Shown piece after piece: positions 59,257-64,000 of a stretch of DNA of 64,000 nt. A model generated the notes under the pieces. It saw nothing but the letters and a program-made list of their open reading frames with translations, ran no database searches and was not told the origin of the DNA. The stretch is from Thermoplasmata archaeon. GTDB taxonomy: Archaea; Thermoplasmatota; Thermoplasmata; Lutacidiplasmatales; UBA184. The translations under genes were made by a program, and so were the position numbers. Positions within the stretch are counted from its first letter, which is position 1; every line of letters starts with the position of its first letter. Location of the stretch: contig DASRSW010000070.1 in the NCBI GenBank assembly GCA_035656275.1, positions 3,026 through 67,025 of the forward strand, written 5' to 3'.

Positions 59257-60497
59257 GCCGCCTTCTCCTGGACGTGGGCCACCATTTTCCAGAACTCGTC
59301 ATCCGAAATGCCCGGGTGGTCGTACCGCTCGCGATACTCCCTCAGGAAGCGCTGCTCGTCCTCCTTCGTACGGGATTCGGCCGCGCTCTTCACCCGATGC
59401 AGGAGGTTCGAGAGCTCGGTCTCGCTGAGGTGGATGTCGTGGTCTTTCAGTTTCTCGACCAGGGCGGCTTTGCCCGTGTGTTTACCCAGGATCATCTGAC
59501 GCTCTCGGCCCACCGTCGCCGGCTGAAGCGGCTCGTAGGTGAGCGTGTGGGCGAGAATCCCATGGGTGTGGATGCCCGCCTCATGCGAGAAGGAGTTGTA
59601 CCCGATGAGCGCCTTGTTCGCCGCGACGGGGACGCCGCTTCGCTCCTCGACCAGCCGACTCAATTCGTACAGGCGGTCCGTGTGAATCCCCGTCTTCACC
59701 CCGTAGAGCGACTCGAGGCTGACCGCCACCTCTTCCAAGGAGGCGTTCCCCGCACGCTCCCCCAGGCCGTTCACGCAGACGTGAGGCGCATTGACCCCTT
59801 CCTCGAGGGCGGTGAGCGTGTTGGCGGTCGCGAGGCCGAAGTCGTTGTGGCAGTGGACCGACCAGTCGACCGGCTTCACGCGGCGATGGAACTCCCGCAG
59901 GAACCAGCGGAAGGTGGGCGGCGTCATGATCCCGACGGTGTCGGAGATGACGAGCCGGTCCGCCCCCGCACCTTTCACCGCGGTGTAGAGCCGCTCGACA
60001 AAGTCGAGCGGGGCCCGTACCGTGTCTTCGGTGACGAACGCCACATGGAGGCCGGCGCTCTTCGCCTGTTCGACCGAGCGCACCGAGGCCGCCAGCACCT
60101 CGTCCTGGGTCATCTTTAGCTTGTACCGGAGATGGACCTCGCTCGCGGCGACGAAGATCGCCGCATGCGTGACGCCCGAGTGGATGATGGCGTCGACGTC
60201 CGCGGGCACCGTCCGTCCGGCGGCGAGGATCTTGGCCGAGAGCCCTGCCTCGACCACCTGACGGACCGCCCGCGCCTCCTCGGCGGAGACCACCGGGATC
60301 CCCGCGTTGATGACCGACACCCCCACGTCCGAGAGGAGCGTGGCGATCTCGACCTTGTCCTCCGGGGAGAACCGGACCCCGGGCATCTGCTCGCCGTCCC
60401 GCAGGGTCTCGTCCCAGAACACGATCGGGTCGGCGAAGTGCCGCGCACGGCGAGTCTTCGAGTGGTAGTTCTCGACGAGCGCCGCCGCTTTGGGCAT
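59253..60497 (-). CDS. 2-isopropylmalate / homocitrate / citramalate synthase family (short form without LeuA regulatory domain)
   Basis: WDETLRDGEQ, HCHNDFGLATANTL. Start placed at ATG 60497 (MPKAAAL). About 414 aa. Confidence 0.85.
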   Translation of the reverse strand: MPKAAALVENYHSKTRRARHFADPIVFWDETLRDGEQMPGVRFSPEDKVEIATLLSDVGVSVINAGIPVVSAEEARAVRQVVEAGLSAKILAAGRTVPADVDAIIHSGVTHAAIFVAASEVHLRYKLKMTQDEVLAASVRSVEQAKSAGLHVAFVTEDTVRAPLDFVERLYTAVKGAGADRLVISDTVGIMTPPTFRWFLREFHRRVKPVDWSVHCHNDFGLATANTLTALEEGVNAPHVCVNGLGERAGNASLEEVAVSLESLYGVKTGIHTDRLYELSRLVEERSGVPVAANKALIGYNSFSHEAGIHTHGILAHTLTYEPLQPATVGRERQMILGKHTGKAALVEKLKDHDIHLSETELSNLLHRVKSAAESRTKEDEQRFLREYRERYDHPGISDDEFWKMVAHVQEKAA

Positions 60498-60677
60498 TGG
60501 GTCGCTCGACCCGGCGAGCCGACATAACCTTTCCCGCGCGAGGGCAGGCGGCACGTTAGCGTACGCCGACCGGACGAGCGCAGAAGCGCTCCGTTCGGCG
60601 GCGGCGCCCCATGAGTTAAATAATCACGGCGACTCGATTGGCCGCGGCGGAGCCAGCGGCTTCTCCGGTGGATTTCG

Positions 60678-62477
60678 ATGACCACCCCGGCCACACGAAC
60701 GACGCCCATCGCGGGCGAGGAAGGACCCGGCGAACGGCGTCAGCTCCACGAACTTTCGGACCTGGCGGTGATGATCGGCGGTCAGGGCGGGGACGGGACG
60801 CTCACGGTCTCCGACCTTCTCGGCCGGTACTTCCGCCTCCGCGGCCTCTACGTCTACACGTCGCGCAATGTGCTCTCGCGAATCCGGGGGGGCCACGCCG
60901 ATGCGTCCGTGCGCGCGTCCCGCGAACCGATCGCCGCGATGAAGCCTCAGGTCGACCTGATCGTCGCCTTCGACAAGGAAGCCGTCGAGGTGGGCCGCCC
61001 GGAACTTTCGAGCGACGGCTACGTCCTCTACGATTCGTCCGTGTTCCAGGTCGACCTCCCGCGGTCCGTGGGGTTCCCCTTCGCGACGCTGGCCGGCGGA
61101 CAGCTCGGGGCGCCCATTTACAAGAACACCGCCGCCTACGGCGCGATCTCCGTCATGATGGGGTTCGACCCGGCGACGACCCGCCAGGTCATCGAGAGCC
61201 GGTTCAAGCGACGCAGCGCCGAAGCGATGGAGAAGAATCTCAAGGCGCTCGAGATCGGCCGCAAGGCTGCCTTGGAGCATGCCGACACCGCGACGCTCCA
61301 GCGCTGGCGCGTGCTCGACGGCGACGCGCAGAGCAACCTCATCCTGACCACCGGCAACCAGGCCGTCGCGCTCGGGTTCGTGGTCGGCGGCGGCCGCTTC
61401 TTTGCCGGGTATCCCATCACGCCGGCCACCGAGGTGATGGAGTACCTGATGCGCTACCTTCCCCCGCTGCACGGCGTCGTCCGGCAGGCGGAGGACGAGC
61501 TCGCCGCGGTGAACATGATCATCGGCGCTGCCTATGCGGGGGCGCGCGTGATGACCTCGACCAGCGGACCCGGACTCTCCCTGATGACGGAGGGGATCGG
61601 GCATGCCGGCGCGGCCGAGCTCCCCATCGTGGTCGCGGACTGCCAGCGCGTCGGACCGTCCACGGGAGAGCCCACGCGGCATGAGCAGTCCGACCTGAGC
61701 CATCTCGCCAATCTGGGCCACGGCGAGTTTCCTCGGTTCATCCTCGCCCCCGGCACCGTCGAGGATTGCTTCTACCTCACCGTCGACGCCCTCAACCTCG
61801 CCGAAAAGTGGCGACTTCCCGTGATTCTGCTCCTCGACCAGGCCCTCTGCCAGAACGCCGTCACGAGCGTCCCGTTCGACCTCACCAAAGTCCGGGTGGA
61901 GCGCCCCAACCTCGTGGGCGCCGCTGAGCTGGCCCGGCTCGAGGCGTACAAAGCGTATCAGCTGTCCTCGGACGGAACGTCCCCGTATGCTCCTCCCGGA
62001 ACGCCGGGGGTCCATGCGCAGATCACGGGCAACGAGCACGACGAGTGGGGCCACGTGTCCGTGAATCCCGTCAATCGGCTCAAGATGATGCAGAAACGGA
62101 TGGGGAAGCTCGAGAAGGCGCGCGCCGAGTTCCCCGCCCCCCGGTTCTACGGCGACCCGAACGCGCGCATCGGCCTCATCGGCTACGGCAGCACCTGGGG
62201 CCCGATCCGCGAGGCGCAGGAGCTCCTCGCCCAGCAGGGAACCCCGACCCGGTTCTACCAGGCCCGGACCGTCTTCCCGGTCCCGACGGACACCCTCGAG
62301 CCGTTCCTCGCGGGAGTGGACGTGGCGTACGTCGTCGAGCACAACTACACCGGCCAGTTCGCGCGGCTCATCCGCGAGCATCTGCCCCACCACCACGCGA
62401 AACTCCGCTCCATCGCGAAGTGCGACGGGTTCTCCTTCCGCTCTCCCGAGATCATGGCCCATCTCCGGGGGGCCTAG
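60678..62477 (+). CDS. 2-oxoacid:ferredoxin oxidoreductase, fused gamma-alpha subunit
   Basis: Gamma-like N-terminus (MIGGQGGDGTLTVSDLLG) followed by the alpha core (GNQAVALG...AGYPITPATEVMEYL...PIVVADCQRVGPSTG). Confidence 0.9.
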   Translation: MTTPATRTTPIAGEEGPGERRQLHELSDLAVMIGGQGGDGTLTVSDLLGRYFRLRGLYVYTSRNVLSRIRGGHADASVRASREPIAAMKPQVDLIVAFDKEAVEVGRPELSSDGYVLYDSSVFQVDLPRSVGFPFATLAGGQLGAPIYKNTAAYGAISVMMGFDPATTRQVIESRFKRRSAEAMEKNLKALEIGRKAALEHADTATLQRWRVLDGDAQSNLILTTGNQAVALGFVVGGGRFFAGYPITPATEVMEYLMRYLPPLHGVVRQAEDELAAVNMIIGAAYAGARVMTSTSGPGLSLMTEGIGHAGAAELPIVVADCQRVGPSTGEPTRHEQSDLSHLANLGHGEFPRFILAPGTVEDCFYLTVDALNLAEKWRLPVILLLDQALCQNAVTSVPFDLTKVRVERPNLVGAAELARLEAYKAYQLSSDGTSPYAPPGTPGVHAQITGNEHDEWGHVSVNPVNRLKMMQKRMGKLEKARAEFPAPRFYGDPNARIGLIGYGSTWGPIREAQELLAQQGTPTRFYQARTVFPVPTDTLEPFLAGVDVAYVVEHNYTGQFARLIREHLPHHHAKLRSIAKCDGFSFRSPEIMAHLRGA

Positions 62478-62479
62478 CC

Positions 62480-63358
62480 ATGCAGGCGCTCCAGCTCGCC
62501 AAGGCGATCCCGTCGACCTGGTGCCCGGGCTGCGGCGACTTCGGCGTCCTCGCCGCCCTGAAGAAGGCGGCCGCGGAGATCAAGGTCCCCGTCCACGAAC
62601 TCGTCCTCGTCGGCGGGATCGGCTGCTCGGGCGGTATCCACAACTTCCTCGAGATCAACGGGCTCCACGCGCTCCATGGCCGCCTGCTTCCCCAGGCGGT
62701 GGGCGTGAAGCTCGCCAACCCCGGACTCACGGTGGTCGCGGCCGGGGGGGACGGGGACGGCTACGCGATCGGGATGGGCCACTTCATGCACGCGTTCAAG
62801 AAGAACGCCTCCATCCTCTACATCGTCATGAACAACGAGACCTACGGTCTCACCAAGGGTCAGGCCTCTCCCACGAGCCAGATCGGCTACGAGGGGAACG
62901 TCGAGCACCCGTTCAACTCCATCCTCACGGCGCTCTCGATTCCCACCCCCGCGTTCATCGCGCGGACGTTTTCGGGGGACCCGAGGATGATGACCCAGAT
63001 CCTGGTCGAAGCGCTCCAGTTCAACCGGGCCGGCCGGGGCTACGCCTTCGTCGAGGACCTGTCGCCGTGCGTGACGTACAACGACACGTTCAAAGAATGG
63101 CGGGAGAAGGTCGTCGACGTGTCGAAGCTTCCCGGATACGACCCCACGGACCGCAAGGTGATGTTCCGCCTCTGCCTCGAGACCCAGGAGAGCGGGAAGA
63201 TCCCCATTGGCGTCATGCACCGACCCCCGGCGGCGGACGGCGCGGCCGTCTCGCTCGAGAAGAAGCTGCTGCCGGATGCCGTCGGCCCGGCGCGGGCCTC
63301 GCTCTCTCTCGAAGAGAACCGCGAGACGTATTCGAAACTCCTCCAGGCGCTTGGCTAG
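62480..63358 (+). CDS. 2-oxoacid:ferredoxin oxidoreductase, beta subunit
   Basis: Start placed at ATG 62480 (MQALQLAK). WCPGCGDFG, GGDGDGYAIG (TPP-binding GDG), VMNNETYGLTKGQ. Confidence 0.9.
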   Translation: MQALQLAKAIPSTWCPGCGDFGVLAALKKAAAEIKVPVHELVLVGGIGCSGGIHNFLEINGLHALHGRLLPQAVGVKLANPGLTVVAAGGDGDGYAIGMGHFMHAFKKNASILYIVMNNETYGLTKGQASPTSQIGYEGNVEHPFNSILTALSIPTPAFIARTFSGDPRMMTQILVEALQFNRAGRGYAFVEDLSPCVTYNDTFKEWREKVVDVSKLPGYDPTDRKVMFRLCLETQESGKIPIGVMHRPPAADGAAVSLEKKLLPDAVGPARASLSLEENRETYSKLLQALG

Positions 63359-63400
63359 AGCGCGGGGCCGCGCGTGGCCGGCTCTCCGTCCTCCGCGCCC

Positions 63401-64000
63401 GTGTGGCTCGGCATGGACGACACGGATAGCCCGCGCGGCGGCTGCACGACCTTTACGCTCACCGAGGTCGTCCGAGCGGCGCACGAGCTGGGGCTCGACC
63501 TGCTCGGCGAGCCCCGACTGGTGCGGCTGAATCCGAACGTTCCGTTCAAGACGCGGGGGAACGCGGCGCTCGCCGCCCGCTTCGGCCTGGGTCGAGGCCC
63601 GCGACGCCGTCAGGGCGTCGGCCCCGCCGGACCGATCTGGTCGTACGCCCGCGGTCGGGGGCCCGCCCCCGAACTCCGCCGCCGCTTCATCGACCGCGCG
63701 TGGGAAGTCGTCCGGAAGAGCTCACGCCTCGGCGAGGAGGGAACAGACCCCGCCCTGGTGGCGAGCGAGCGCGCCCTCCCCTCGAGCCTCTATCGGGCGG
63801 CGGTCAGTCGCCTCGTCGACCGGTCGTCGGTCGAGCACCTTCTCCTCGCGGCCGGCGCGGTCGTGCACGCCGAAGGCTCGCGCCAGGGTCTGGTGGGGGC
63901 CGCGGCCGCACTGGCCTGGCCCGCGGGGCGGTCGACGTGGGAGCTCATCAGCTACCGACCGGCGGGCCGGTGGGGGGAGCGCCGCACGCTCGATGCGGAG
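63401..64000 (+). CDS. tiaS: tRNA(Ile2) 2-agmatinylcytidine synthetase TiaS (partial, continues beyond the window)
   Basis: Hand translation gives VWLGMDDTDSPRGGCTTFTLTE...LVRLNPNVPFKTRGNAALA, the conserved TiaS N-terminus. There is no stop before position 64000. The start could be GTG 63374, GTG 63401 or ATG 63413. Confidence 0.75.
   Translation, partial: MWLGMDDTDSPRGGCTTFTLTEVVRAAHELGLDLLGEPRLVRLNPNVPFKTRGNAALAARFGLGRGPRRRQGVGPAGPIWSYARGRGPAPELRRRFIDRAWEVVRKSSRLGEEGTDPALVASERALPSSLYRAAVSRLVDRSSVEHLLLAAGAVVHAEGSRQGLVGAAAALAWPAGRSTWELISYRPAGRWGERRTLDAE

Noticed and set aside
60624-62462. 612-aa minus-strand ORF
   Set aside because: It is antisense to the oxidoreductase alpha subunit gene and has shadow-ORF composition.
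1-64000. tRNA, rRNA, IS or integrase search
   Set aside because: I inspected spacers longer than 100 bp by eye for T-loop-like GGTTCGAATC/GGTTCAAATC boxes and acceptor-stem symmetry and found none. No transposase-like or integrase-like ORF is present. A tRNAscan or Infernal run would be needed for certainty.

Overview
This is a densely coding, visibly GC-rich archaeal chromosomal segment (roughly two-thirds G+C by eye, not computed). Archaeal origin is supported by aEF-1beta, an STT3/AglB oligosaccharyltransferase, TiaS, a two-subunit 2-oxoacid:ferredoxin oxidoreductase, and short A/T-rich TATA-like boxes 25-55 nt upstream of many starts. Thermopsin (peptidase A5) and the general gene content suggest a Thermoplasmatota-like lineage, which is inference only. 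I support 64 protein-coding genes. One is a 43-aa Cys-rich ORF below the ORF-track cut-off, and one (tiaS) runs off the 3' end. I found no rRNA, tRNA, CRISPR array, transposase or integrase. Gene order is as follows: an amino-acid ABC transporter (34-2590); a five-gene translationally coupled DUF4129/MoxR/DUF58 cluster (2726-6943); a heme-oxygenase-like operon (6974-8399); transporters, ribA and a sedolisin; and a Kelch/PKD surface protein. Next comes a stress and housekeeping block (RIO kinase, Usp, ACE-like M2 peptidase, response regulator, GYD, CBS, beta-CASP RNase, Hsp20, OsmC, Fhs), then a block of small enzymes. A cell-surface island follows (PKD-TM-wHTH protein, multi-PKD protein, sequon-repeat protein, thermopsin). 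A long minus-strand gene string then runs from a LeuA/LeuCD/LeuB-type cluster through thiolase/DUF35 into a 2229-aa AglB fusion, a sequon-rich surface protein, a 4xCxxC zinc-finger protein, aEF-1beta, a YdjM-like hydrolase and a GNAT. The window ends with the oxidoreductase pair and tiaS. The most notable observations are: (1) a hidden metallothionein-like 43-aa ORF with 13 Cys; (2) a GTCAA-N6-TTGAC dyad present four times, only in intergenic DNA, each followed after 6-7 nt by an A/T-rich box (usp, hsp20/osmC and two orphan sites); (3) an AglB more than twice the usual length; (4) a membrane-tethered PKD-wHTH putative regulator; (5) very sequon-dense tandem repeats. Many very long ORFs in the track are GC-driven shadow ORFs and were rejected.
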